A stretch of 64,000 bases of DNA from an uncultured delta proteobacterium (GTDB taxonomy: Bacteria > Myxococcota_A > Polyangia > Haliangiales > Haliangiaceae). Positions 9,913 through 19,124 of the stretch are shown here, piece after piece; within the stretch, counting starts at the first letter, position 1, and each line of letters begins with the position of its first letter. The notes under the pieces were generated by a model, which was not told the DNA's origin, made no database searches, and worked only from the letters and a program-made list of their open reading frames with translations. The translations under genes and the position numbers were made by a program. The stretch lies in contig CAVUQH010000004.1 in NCBI GenBank assembly GCA_963743525.1, positions 512,001 through 576,000 on the forward strand, read 5' to 3'.

Positions 9913-10981
9913 GGGGAACTTCTCGGATGTCCGGGCGTGGGTGCTCGAGGCCGCCGGTCAGCCGCTGGTACAGCGGTCGATCGAGCTGCCCGACCCTGGC
10001 CCCGGTGAGGTCATCGTCGAGATCGACGCGTGCGGCCTGTGCCACACGGATCTCGGGTTTGCCGCCGGTCAGGTGGCCCCGCGGCACGAGCTGCCGCTGG
10101 TCCTCGGCCACGAGATCGTCGGCGTGGTGGTGGCGGCCGGCGACGGCGCGGCCCCCCGTATGGGCCAGCGGGTGATGGTGCCCGCGGTGATGCCGTGCGG
10201 CGACTGCGCCTTCTGCCGCGCCGGCCGTGGCAACGCGTGCCCGCGGCAGAAGATGCCGGGCAACGACATCCACGGCGGCTTCGCAACTCACATTCTTGTT
10301 CCGTCCGCGCCGCTGGTGTCGCTCGACGAAGCACCCGCTGGGGTTGCCATCGACGCGCTTTCGGTAGTCGCCGATGCGGTATCGACCGCGTTCCAGGCGA
10401 CGAGACGCGCCGGGCTCGGCGAGGGTGACGTGGCCTTCGTCGTCGGCGCCGGTGGCGTGGGCGGATACGTCGCGCAGATCGCGCACGCGCTGGGCGCGCA
10501 CGTCGCGGTCTGCGACGTCGACCCGGCCCGGCTCGAGCTGACCCGGGCGCACGGCGCCGATGTCGCGGTCGACGTGTCCGGACGCACCGCTCGCGACGTG
10601 CGCAAAGAGCTGCACGGCTGGGCCCGCGAGCTGGGCGTGCCGTCCCTGCGCTGGCGCATCTTCGAGACCAGCGGCACCGCCGCCGGCCAGGAGCAGGCGT
10701 ACACGCTGATCAGTCAGGCCAGCACCGCGGTGATGGTCGGCTTCACCCGCGACACCGTGACGGTGCGCCTGTCCAACCTGATGGCCTTCGACGCCTCGGT
10801 GCACGGCACCTGGGGCTGCCCGGTCGAGGCCTATCCCGACGTTCTGGCCATGATCTACCGCGGTCAGATCGCCATCGAGCCGTTCATCGAGCGCGCGCCG
10901 CTGTCGCGCATCAACGACCTGCTCTCGTCACTGGCGGCGCACCAGCTGTCGCGCCGCGCCGTCCTCGATCCACGCGCCTAG
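9911..10981 (+). CDS. had: 6-hydroxycyclohex-1-ene-1-carbonyl-CoA dehydrogenase
   Basis: Zn-ADH motifs CGLCHTD, GHE, CGDCAFC...C, plus QKMPGNDIHGGFA and SNLMAFDA...GTWGC; adjacent to oah, dch and bcr. Confidence 0.9.
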   Translation: MGNFSDVRAWVLEAAGQPLVQRSIELPDPGPGEVIVEIDACGLCHTDLGFAAGQVAPRHELPLVLGHEIVGVVVAAGDGAAPRMGQRVMVPAVMPCGDCAFCRAGRGNACPRQKMPGNDIHGGFATHILVPSAPLVSLDEAPAGVAIDALSVVADAVSTAFQATRRAGLGEGDVAFVVGAGGVGGYVAQIAHALGAHVAVCDVDPARLELTRAHGADVAVDVSGRTARDVRKELHGWARELGVPSLRWRIFETSGTAAGQEQAYTLISQASTAVMVGFTRDTVTVRLSNLMAFDASVHGTWGCPVEAYPDVLAMIYRGQIAIEPFIERAPLSRINDLLSSLAAHQLSRRAVLDPRA

Positions 10982-11001
10982 GCCGCGCCCAGGAGACCCC
11001 G

Positions 11002-12111
11002 ATGCCGCCACTGAAGAATCACGAGCTCACCCCCGACCAGACCTTTCAGGAGATCCGCTACGAGCGCCGCCCGATCCTCGACCGCACCGGCAAGCCGGTG
11101 GAAGGGCTGACGCAGATCTGGATCTCGCTGGACAACGAGCCCCAGCTCAACTCGTACACCACCGCCGCGGTCAAGGAGGTGATCCTGGCCTTCCGCCGCG
11201 CCAGCACCGACCGCAGCGCGGTCAACGTGGTGTTCACCGCCGTCGGCGACAAGTCGTTCTGCACCGGCGGCAACACCGAGGAGTACGCGACCTACTACGC
11301 CAACCGGCCGCACGAGTACCTGCAGTACATGCGGCTGTTCAACGACATGGTCACGTCGATCCTCTTGTGCGACAAGCCGGTCATCTGCCGGGTCAACGGC
11401 ATGCGCATCGCCGGCGGCCAGGAGATCGGCATGGCCTGCGACTTCTCCGTCGCCGGCGACAACGCCCGCTTCGGCCAGGCCGGCCCGATCCACGGCAGCG
11501 CGCCGGACGGCGGCTCGACCGACTTCCTCGACGTCTACGTCGGCTTCGCCCGCGCCGCCGAATCGCTGGTCTTCTGCGACTCGTGGTCGGCGTACAAGGC
11601 GGCGCACATCGGCCTGATCAACGACGTGGTCCCGGCCTACCGCAACGCCGGCGGCGACTGGGTGCCCAACCCGATGGTCGTCACCGACCGCTACCTCGAC
11701 GGCGGGCAGGTGGTCTACGGCGAGTGGAAGAGCGGCGCCGAGCGCGACGCGGCCAAGAAGCAGCTGGCCGAGCTGACCGTGGACCTGTCGCGGCTCGACG
11801 ACAAGGTCAACGAGTATGCGACCAAGCTGCTCTACACCTTCCCCGACTGCACGCGGAAGACCATCGAGAGCATGCGCAAGAAGAAGCTGACCTGGTGGCA
11901 GCAGAACAGCGAGAGCAACCGCTCGTGGCTGTCGCTCAACATGAACACCGAGGCCGCTGCCGGCTTCCGCGCCTTCCACTACGGCGACCGCGGCGAGCGC
12001 GAGATCGACTTCATCGACCTGCGCCGGCGGATCGCCGAGGGGTCTCCGTTCGACGAGGCGCTGGTCAGCGACGTCCTGTCGCCGTCGGCCCGCGAGCGCT
12101 GGGGAGAGTGA
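11002..12111 (+). CDS. oah: 6-oxocyclohex-1-ene-1-carbonyl-CoA hydrolase (ring cleavage; BamA/Oah)
   Basis: QLNSYTT, FCTGGNTEEY, CDKPVICRVNGMRIAGGQEIGMACD, FGQAGPIHGSAPDGGSTDFL. Confidence 0.95.
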   Translation: MPPLKNHELTPDQTFQEIRYERRPILDRTGKPVEGLTQIWISLDNEPQLNSYTTAAVKEVILAFRRASTDRSAVNVVFTAVGDKSFCTGGNTEEYATYYANRPHEYLQYMRLFNDMVTSILLCDKPVICRVNGMRIAGGQEIGMACDFSVAGDNARFGQAGPIHGSAPDGGSTDFLDVYVGFARAAESLVFCDSWSAYKAAHIGLINDVVPAYRNAGGDWVPNPMVVTDRYLDGGQVVYGEWKSGAERDAAKKQLAELTVDLSRLDDKVNEYATKLLYTFPDCTRKTIESMRKKKLTWWQQNSESNRSWLSLNMNTEAAAGFRAFHYGDRGEREIDFIDLRRRIAEGSPFDEALVSDVLSPSARERWGE

Positions 12112-12112
12112 C

Positions 12113-12897
12113 ATGGCGCCGGCGGTCACGGTCGAAACGGTAGAAGGCGGCGCGCTGCTGTCGATCGTCATCGACAATCCGCGCGGCAACATCCTGACCT
12201 CATCGGTCATGACCGAGCTCGACCAGGCCCTGGCCGCCCACGCCGACGACGCCGATCTCAAGCTGGTGACGATCGGCGCCGCCGGCCGCCACTTCTCCTT
12301 CGGCGCCTCGGTCGAAGAGCACCGCGCCGAGACCGCGCCGGCGATGCTGGCCACCTTCCACCGGCTGATCCGCAGCCTGGCCACCTATCCGGTGCCGACC
12401 GCGGCGCTGGTCTCCGGCCGCTGTCTGGGCGGCGCCTTCGAGCTGGCGCTGGCCTGCAACTTCGTCATCGCGACCGACGACGCGATCTTTGCCTGTCCCG
12501 AGATCCAGCTGGGTGTGTTCCCGCCCGTTCTCGCCGTGCTGGGACCAGCCCGGCTGGGTCCGCCCGCCGCCGAGCGTTTGCTCCTCACCGGCGGCGAGCT
12601 CGACGCCGCGTCCGCGCGTCACCTCGGATTCGTCACCGAGGTGACGCCGGCCGGCACCGATCTTCGCACGAAGCGGCGCAGGGCTGGTTCCGCAGCAAGC
12701 TGGCGCCGCTGTCGGCGTTTGCCTTGCGCCAGGGCCTGGCCGCGGTGCGCGACGGCGCCGGCACCGCGCGCCTGGTCGAGGACGCCCTGGCCGACGCCGA
12801 GCGCCGCTACGTCGACGAGCTGCTTCCCGCCCACGATCCCAACGAGGGAATCGAGGCGTTCCTGGCCAAGCGGCCGCCGGAGTGGAGGAATCGGTGA
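12113..12897 (+). CDS. dch: Cyclohexa-1,5-diene-1-carbonyl-CoA hydratase, one apparent frameshift near 12668
   Basis: HFSFGASVEEH, GRCLGGAFEL, PEIQLGVFPP. The C-terminus EAAQGWFRSKLAPLS...DPNEGIEAFLAKRPPEWRNR* continues in another frame and ends at TGA 12895-12897. Confidence 0.88.
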
Positions 12898-13457
12898 CGC
12901 AACCGCGCACACGGCTGCTCGCCGCCGCCGCCCGGGCATTCGCCCAGCGCGGGTTCCACGCCGTGTCGATGCGCGAGCTGGCGCGCGACACCGGCCGCTC
13001 GCTGGGCTCCTTCTACAACCACTTCGACTCCAAGGAAGAGCTGCTGTTCACCCTGCAGCGCGACGCCTTCGACGAGCTCCTGGCCGGCGCCGCCGGGGCT
13101 ATCGACGCCGCGACGACGGCGCCCGCGCGCCTGCACCAGTTCGTGCTCAACCACCTGCGCTACATCGCCAGCCACCCCGAGGTGATGCGCGTCCTCGTCC
13201 ACGAGGCGGGCGCGTTGGCGGGAACGCGGCGATCGGAGATTCGCACGCGCAAGGAAGCGTACTTCGACCTCGCCCGCGGCGTCGTCGCCGGGGTCGTGGA
13301 CGGAGCGGACCCGCCCGAGATCGAGCGGGTGACCTATTGCCTTTTCGGGATGCTCAACTGGACCTACGGCTGGTACACGCCCGAGCGCCACGGCCCACCC
13401 GAGGTGCTGGCGCGCACCATCTACCGCCTGGTCCTGGCCGGTGAGGAGATGCCGTGA
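12894..13457 (+). CDS. TetR-family regulator (PaaR/KstR2-like)
   Basis: AARAFAQRGFHAVSMRELA...GSFYNHFDSKEELL HTH; LFGMLNWTYGWY C-terminus; GTGA overlaps with both neighbours. Confidence 0.9.
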   Translation: MTQPRTRLLAAAARAFAQRGFHAVSMRELARDTGRSLGSFYNHFDSKEELLFTLQRDAFDELLAGAAGAIDAATTAPARLHQFVLNHLRYIASHPEVMRVLVHEAGALAGTRRSEIRTRKEAYFDLARGVVAGVVDGADPPEIERVTYCLFGMLNWTYGWYTPERHGPPEVLARTIYRLVLAGEEMP

Positions 13458-14644
13458 ACGATACGCAAACCACCGATCCCGCCGCCGACGTGATCGCCCG
13501 CGCCCAGGCGCTGGTCGAAGACCTCGGTCTGGCTCACGTGCGACGCTGGAAAGAACAACATCCCGGCGCGCTGGTCGTCGGCCACCTGCCGATCTACGCC
13601 CCGCGCCCGCTGATCGAAGGCCTCGGCGCCCTGCCGGTGGCGATCTTCGGCGGCGGCGACCAGATCGACATCATCCGCGGCGACTCGTTCTTCCAGTCGT
13701 ATATCTGCCACATTCCGCGGAGCACCCTGGAGCTGGCGCTGACCGGCCGATTGGCCGCGCTCGACGCGGTGCTGTTCCCGTCGATCTGCGACGTCATCCG
13801 CAACCTGGGCGGCATGTGGAAGATGCTGTTCCCCGACGTCTACGCCGCTTACGTCGACCTGCCGCAAAACTTCGACCCCGCGCTGGGCGGCGCCTTCTAC
13901 GCCCGCGAGCTGAAGCGCATCACCGGCGAGCTGGTGGCGCGCGGCGCCGGGCCGGTTGACGAGGAGCGGATGCGCCAGGCGATCGCCGACGAGAACCAGC
14001 GCCGGCACACGCTCGACGAGCTCGACGCCCTGCGCCGGGCGGAGCCGTGGCGGGTGCGCGCCTCCGAGGCGTACCTGGTCGTCCGCGCCGGCACGCTGAT
14101 GACGGCGGCCGAGCACAACGCGATGCTGCGCGAGCTGATCGACGCGGCGGCGCAGCGCGAGGCCCGCTTCTACGACAACGTCCGCGTGGTCGTGCGCGGC
14201 TCGTTCTGCGAGCAGCCGCCGCTGGGCCTGATCCGCACCCTGGAGAAGTCCGGCTGCGACATCGTCGACGATGACTTCCAGCTGGGCCTGCGCACCATCG
14301 AAGGCGACATCGACGACACCGGCGATCCGATCGAGGCGATCGCGGCGTCGTACGTGATGCGCGGCTGCGCCACCGCGTCCCGCTACGTCGTCCACGGCGA
14401 ACAGAAAGGCGCGGCGCTGATCGAGCGAGTGCGCCAGGCCAACGCCGACGGCGTGGTCTTCGCCGCGGCCTCGTTCTGCGACCCGGCGCTGCTCGACCAG
14501 CCGATGCTCGAGGCGGCCCTCGACCGCGCCGAGATCCCGCACACCAGCCTCAAGTTCTCCGAAAACACCGGCCAGTTCCAGGTCATTCGCGAGCAAGCCG
14601 GCGCCTTCTCCGACGCCGTCAAGCTCTGGGGGAGCGCAGCATGA
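13454..14644 (+). CDS. bcrC: Class I benzoyl-CoA reductase subunit C
   Basis: IIRGDSFFQSYICHIPRSTLEL, FPSICDVIRNL, GSFCEQPP, SFCDPALLD. Confidence 0.93.
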   Translation: MNDTQTTDPAADVIARAQALVEDLGLAHVRRWKEQHPGALVVGHLPIYAPRPLIEGLGALPVAIFGGGDQIDIIRGDSFFQSYICHIPRSTLELALTGRLAALDAVLFPSICDVIRNLGGMWKMLFPDVYAAYVDLPQNFDPALGGAFYARELKRITGELVARGAGPVDEERMRQAIADENQRRHTLDELDALRRAEPWRVRASEAYLVVRAGTLMTAAEHNAMLRELIDAAAQREARFYDNVRVVVRGSFCEQPPLGLIRTLEKSGCDIVDDDFQLGLRTIEGDIDDTGDPIEAIAASYVMRGCATASRYVVHGEQKGAALIERVRQANADGVVFAAASFCDPALLDQPMLEAALDRAEIPHTSLKFSENTGQFQVIREQAGAFSDAVKLWGSAA

Positions 14645-15951
14645 CGACCAGCACCACGCGCGGCCGCAGCATCACCGTCCAGCCGGCGGCCAAGGACGAG
14701 AGCCAGCTGACGCAGAAGCGGATGCTGGGAGAACACTTCGACCGCCTCGCCCGAGCCAAGGAAGAGGGCAAGAAGGTCGTCTACACCTTCGTTCCCGGTA
14801 ACCTGACCGAGCTGATCACCAGCCTGGGCATGCTGCCGGTGCTGCCCGAGATCAACGCCCTGCAGTCGGGCATGCGCAAGCTGTCGGGTGGCTACATCAC
14901 CGAGGCCGAGAAGGCCGGCCACTCCGAGGACGTCTGCACCTACGTCAAGTGCGATCTGGGCATGCTCAAGAGCGGCAACATCGGGCCGACCGGCACGGTG
15001 CTGCCCAAGCCGGACCTGCTGCTGCTGTCATACACCGGCTGTTTCACCTTCCTGAAGTGGTTCGAGCTGCTGCGCGAGGAGTACGGCTGCCCGGTGGTGA
15101 TGCTGCACGTGCCCTATCAGGAGGACGGCGTCATCACCGAGACCATGCGCCAGTACGTCGTCGATCAACTCGAGGAGGTGGTCATCCCGTCGCTCGAGGC
15201 GGTCGCTGGACGCAAGCTCGACCGCGGCGAGCTGTCGCGGCGACTGGCGCTGTCGCATCAGGCCGAGGACGACCTGGTATCGGTGTGGGAGTCGGCCAAG
15301 CAGACGCCGTCGCCGATCGACGGCTACTTCGGCGGCGTCTACTACATCGGGCCGATCTTCAGCGCCTTCCGCGGCAGCGAAGACGCGGTCACCTACTACC
15401 GGCAGTTGCGCACGGAGGTCGAGGCCCGCGCCGCCGCCGGCCTGGGCCCGATGACGCCCGACGGCCCGGCCAGCGAGGAGAAGTTCCGCCTGGTCGTCGA
15501 GGGCCCGCCCAACTGGACCAACTTCTTCGACTTCTGGCGCATGTTCTCGCGCGAGGGCGCGACCGTGGTCGCCAGCACCTACACCCGCGTCGGCGGCCTG
15601 TACGACACCGGCTTCCGCCACGACCCCGAGCGCCCGCTGGACAGCCTCGCCGAGTACTGCCTGGGTTGTTACACCAACCTCGGCCTGCCGTCGCGGACCC
15701 AGCTGCTCGAGCGTTACATCCGCGACTACAACGCCGACGGCTTCCTCATCAACAGCGTCAAGTCGTGCAACTCGTTCTCGGCCGGACAGCTGCTGATCCT
15801 TCGCGAGCTGGAGAAGCGCACCGGGGTGCCGGGCGGCTTCATCGAGTCGGACCTGGTCGACCCGCGCTACTTCGGCAAAGCCAACATCGAGAACCGCCTG
15901 CAGAGCTACTTGCAGATGCTTGCGGCCAAGAAAGAGCGAGGTCAGGCATGA
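14641..15951 (+). CDS. bcrB: Class I benzoyl-CoA reductase subunit B
   Basis: YTFVPGNL, LPEINALQ, SEDVCTYVK, LLSYTGCFTFLKWFE, SVKSCNSFSAGQL. Confidence 0.93.
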   Translation: MTTSTTRGRSITVQPAAKDESQLTQKRMLGEHFDRLARAKEEGKKVVYTFVPGNLTELITSLGMLPVLPEINALQSGMRKLSGGYITEAEKAGHSEDVCTYVKCDLGMLKSGNIGPTGTVLPKPDLLLLSYTGCFTFLKWFELLREEYGCPVVMLHVPYQEDGVITETMRQYVVDQLEEVVIPSLEAVAGRKLDRGELSRRLALSHQAEDDLVSVWESAKQTPSPIDGYFGGVYYIGPIFSAFRGSEDAVTYYRQLRTEVEARAAAGLGPMTPDGPASEEKFRLVVEGPPNWTNFFDFWRMFSREGATVVASTYTRVGGLYDTGFRHDPERPLDSLAEYCLGCYTNLGLPSRTQLLERYIRDYNADGFLINSVKSCNSFSAGQLLILRELEKRTGVPGGFIESDLVDPRYFGKANIENRLQSYLQMLAAKKERGQA

Positions 15952-17285
15952 AGTGCGTCGTCGGCATCGATCTGGGCTCGACCACGACCAAGGCGGTGCT
16001 CCTCGATCTCGACGGGCACATCCTCGGCCGCGGCATCACCAACAGCCGCTCCAACTACGAGGTCGCGTGCGCGGTCGCCCGCGAAGAGGCGCTGACCGCG
16101 ACCCGCTTCACCACTCTCGAGCGCGAGCTGGCCAGGACCGGCGGCGCCAGCACCGAGGAGATCGAAGCCGCGTTCCGGCTGGAGCTCTACCTCGACCAGC
16201 TGACCGGGCTGCACGCCCAAATCGAGCGCGCCCTGGGCATGCTGACCTACGTTGGCCAGCGCGCGACGCTGGGTCCGGCAGCCGAGGCGGTGCTCGAGGC
16301 GATGCGCGCCGAGGCGCCGTCGCTGTTCGCCCTCGGTGGCGAGCGCAAGAGTGACTTCTTCCGCGACGTCGCCGGCGCTTCGTTCATGGCTGCGGCCGAG
16401 CGCGAGGCCGAGCAGCGCGGGGTTCCGTTCGAGCGGCTGTCCGGACTGTTCGACCGGGCGATCATCGACGTCGAGACCACGGCCCAGACCCGCAAATTCG
16501 GCGACCTGCTCCGACGCGCCGCCCTGCGCGTGGCCGGCTCGGGTGACGCCGCCTTCCTCGGCTCGGTCGATCTGGTCGCGGCCACGCCGATCGATGAGCT
16601 GTCGTTCGTCGGCACCGGCTACGGCCGGCAGACGCTGCCGTTCCCCAAACAGGCGGTGCGCAGCGAGATCCTCTGCCACGGCCGCGGCGCCCACCGCGTC
16701 TTCCCCGGCACCCGCACGGTGCTCGACATCGGCGGCCAGGACACCAAGGCGATCCAGGTCGACGACCACGGCGTGGTCACCTCGTTCCAGATGAACGACC
16801 GCTGCGCCGCCGGCTGTGGCCGCTACCTGGGCTACATCGCCGACGAGCTCGGCCTCGGCCTGCACGAGCTGGGGCCGCTGGCGCTGGGCGCCAAGCGGGT
16901 GGTCAAGGTCAACTCGACCTGCACGGTCTTTGCCGGCGCCGAGCTGCGCGAGCGGCTGTCGCTGGGCGAGCGCCGCGAGGACATCCTCGCCGGCCTGCAC
17001 CGGTCGATCATGCTGCGCGCCATGTCGCTGCTGGCGCGTTCTGGCGGCATTTCCGACCAGTTCTCCTTCACCGGCGGCGTGTGCAAGAACGCGATGGCGA
17101 CCAAGGTGCTGCGACAGCTGGTCGACGAGAACTACGGCGAAGAGATCACCCTCAACGCCCACCCCGACTCGATCTACATGGGCGCGCTGGGCGCGGCGCT
17201 GTTCGCGCTGGACGACGTCCGCGCCGGACGGCCGGCGATGCTGCCGACCTTTGCCACGGCAGCGACCCTGGGAGGTGCAGCATGA
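15948..17285 (+). CDS. bcrA: Class I benzoyl-CoA reductase subunit A (ATP-binding)
   Basis: GIDLGSTTTK, GTGYGR, SEILCHG, DIGGQDTK, MNDRCAAGCGRYL, STCTVFAGAE; ATG 15948 overlaps the bcrB stop. Confidence 0.93.
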   Translation: MKCVVGIDLGSTTTKAVLLDLDGHILGRGITNSRSNYEVACAVAREEALTATRFTTLERELARTGGASTEEIEAAFRLELYLDQLTGLHAQIERALGMLTYVGQRATLGPAAEAVLEAMRAEAPSLFALGGERKSDFFRDVAGASFMAAAEREAEQRGVPFERLSGLFDRAIIDVETTAQTRKFGDLLRRAALRVAGSGDAAFLGSVDLVAATPIDELSFVGTGYGRQTLPFPKQAVRSEILCHGRGAHRVFPGTRTVLDIGGQDTKAIQVDDHGVVTSFQMNDRCAAGCGRYLGYIADELGLGLHELGPLALGAKRVVKVNSTCTVFAGAELRERLSLGERREDILAGLHRSIMLRAMSLLARSGGISDQFSFTGGVCKNAMATKVLRQLVDENYGEEITLNAHPDSIYMGALGAALFALDDVRAGRPAMLPTFATAATLGGAA

Positions 17286-18169
17286 GCACGAGGACCCATC
17301 TGACCTGCGGCATCGACCCGGGCGCCAGCACCGCCAAGGTGGCGATCATGCGCAGCCGCGCCGGCGCCGACGCCGAGCTGTTGGCCACCGCCACCCAGAG
17401 GATCCGCCGCAGGGACATCCGCCAGGTGGTGCGCGCCACCTTCGAGGAGGCGTGTCAGAGCGCGGGCGTCGAACCCGAGCGCTTCGACTACGTCGCGTCA
17501 ACCGGCGACGCCGACAGCGTCGAGCACCGCACCGGCCACTTCTACAGCATGACCACCCATGCCCGCGGTGCGCTGTTCCTGGCGCCCGAAGCCCGGGCCG
17601 CCCTCGACATCGGCGCGCTCCACGCCCGCGCGCTGAAGATGGACGGCCGCGGCCGCGTGCTCGGCCACCGCATGACCAGCCAGTGCGCCAGCGGCAGCGG
17701 ACAGTTCCTGGAGAACATCGCCCGCTACCTGGGCGTGCCGCTGGAGGACGTGGGCGAGCTGTCGCAGACCGCCGACGCCCCGGCCAAGGTGTCCAGCGTC
17801 TGCGCGGTGCTGGCCGAGACCGACGTCATCAACATGGTGTCGCGCGACATCGGCACGGCCAACATCCTCAAGGGGATCCACCTGTCGATCGCCGGCCGAC
17901 TGGTCAAGCTGCTGCGCGCCGTCGGCGCCGAGGGCATCGTCGTGGTCACCGGCGGCCTGTCTCGCGACGCCGGCCTGATGGCCGCGGTCGAGGAAGTGGT
18001 CGCCGCCGAGAAGCAGAAGCGCCGCCACAACCACGCCGAGGTCACCCTGTTCACCCATCCCGACGGCATCCTCGCCGGTGCCATCGGCGCCGCCCTGCTC
18101 GGCGCCTATCGCTACGAGCAGCTGGCCCAGCGCGGCATCGACACCCCGATCATCAGCGCCCAGCTCTAG
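17282..18169 (+). CDS. bcrD: Class I benzoyl-CoA reductase subunit D (ATP-binding)
   Basis: FYSMTTHARGA, DIGALHARA, MTSQCASGSGQFLENIARYL, CAVLAETDVINMVSR. Confidence 0.93.
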   Translation: MSTRTHLTCGIDPGASTAKVAIMRSRAGADAELLATATQRIRRRDIRQVVRATFEEACQSAGVEPERFDYVASTGDADSVEHRTGHFYSMTTHARGALFLAPEARAALDIGALHARALKMDGRGRVLGHRMTSQCASGSGQFLENIARYLGVPLEDVGELSQTADAPAKVSSVCAVLAETDVINMVSRDIGTANILKGIHLSIAGRLVKLLRAVGAEGIVVVTGGLSRDAGLMAAVEEVVAAEKQKRRHNHAEVTLFTHPDGILAGAIGAALLGAYRYEQLAQRGIDTPIISAQL

Positions 18170-18178
18170 GAGAAAGCG

Positions 18179-18622
18179 ATGAAGCTCACCCACGCACTGC
18201 TCGGCGAGCACGCCGTGTTCTACGCCCTGTTCGACCACATCGAGCGCCGGCTCGCCGCGGGCGCCGACCTGGTCGCGCTGCAGGCGATTGGCGGCGCCCT
18301 TACCGAGGCGCTGGTCTCGCATGCCAAGCTCGAGGACGAGCTGCTGTTTCCCACGCTGGCGGGCACGCCGGCGGCCGAGGGCCCGGTTTCGGTCATGCAG
18401 GAGGAGCACGCCAACATCGACGAGCTGTGCGCCGACCTGCCCCGCGCCGGCGACGCCGCCGACGCTGGCGCCCTGCTGGGCGAGATCATCGAGATGTCGC
18501 GAGCACACTTCGCCAAGGAGGAGCACATGTTGTTTCCGCTGGTCGAGCAGCTCGCCGACGCCACCGAGCTGGAAGTCTTGAGCGAAAACTGGGCCCGTCT
18601 GCGCGGCGTGACTCTGGGCTGA
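18179..18622 (+). CDS. Hemerythrin-like domain protein
   Basis: H...HxxxE(D)ELLFP...EEH...HFAKEEHMLFP diiron ligand pattern; AGGAG RBS. Confidence 0.88.
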   Translation: MKLTHALLGEHAVFYALFDHIERRLAAGADLVALQAIGGALTEALVSHAKLEDELLFPTLAGTPAAEGPVSVMQEEHANIDELCADLPRAGDAADAGALLGEIIEMSRAHFAKEEHMLFPLVEQLADATELEVLSENWARLRGVTLG

Positions 18623-18641
18623 CGAACGGAGAGGCAGAACG

Positions 18642-19124
18642 ATGGAACGCAACGATTTCCAGGCTCCCGGAACCCTCGAGACCGACAGCGTCGAAGTGCG
18701 CACGCTGTCGCCCGATGATCTGGAGTGGATGGTCCGGATCGACGCCGAGCACAGCGGCCGCAGCCGAACCCCGTACTACCAGCTCAAGCTGGCCGAGGCC
18801 CAGCGCGACACCGGCGTGCGCGTGTCGCTGGCGGCGCTGGTCAACGGCGAGCCGGCCGGCTTCCTGATGGCCCGCACCTACCACGGCGAGTTCGGCTTGC
18901 CCGAGCCGGTCGCCGTGCTCGACTCGATCGCGGTGTCGCACGCCACGTCGGGGCGCCACGTCGGCGAGGCGCTGCTCCGCCAGCTGGTGGTCAACCTGCG
19001 CGCCCTGGGGATCGACAAGATCCAGACCCAGGTCGAGTGGGATCAGATGGCGCTGATGGGCTTCTTCCAGCACGAAGGCTTCCGCCCCGCCGCGCGCCTG
19101 TGCCTCGAGCTGTCGCTCGACTGA
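18642..19124 (+). CDS. GNAT N-acetyltransferase (BadL-like position)
   Basis: GFLMARTYHGEFG, LDSIAV...GRHVGEALL, FFQHEGF; last gene of the bcr operon. Confidence 0.85.
   Translation: MERNDFQAPGTLETDSVEVRTLSPDDLEWMVRIDAEHSGRSRTPYYQLKLAEAQRDTGVRVSLAALVNGEPAGFLMARTYHGEFGLPEPVAVLDSIAVSHATSGRHVGEALLRQLVVNLRALGIDKIQTQVEWDQMALMGFFQHEGFRPAARLCLELSLD

Noticed and set aside
12113..13444. 443-aa ORF suggesting an extended hydratase
   Set aside because: Artefact of the dch frameshift reading out of frame across tetR.
13454..18169. Alternative reading as 2-hydroxyacyl-CoA dehydratase plus activator
   Set aside because: Two distinct ATPase subunits with BcrA/BcrD-type motifs and the adjacent had/oah/dch genes indicate benzoyl-CoA reductase.
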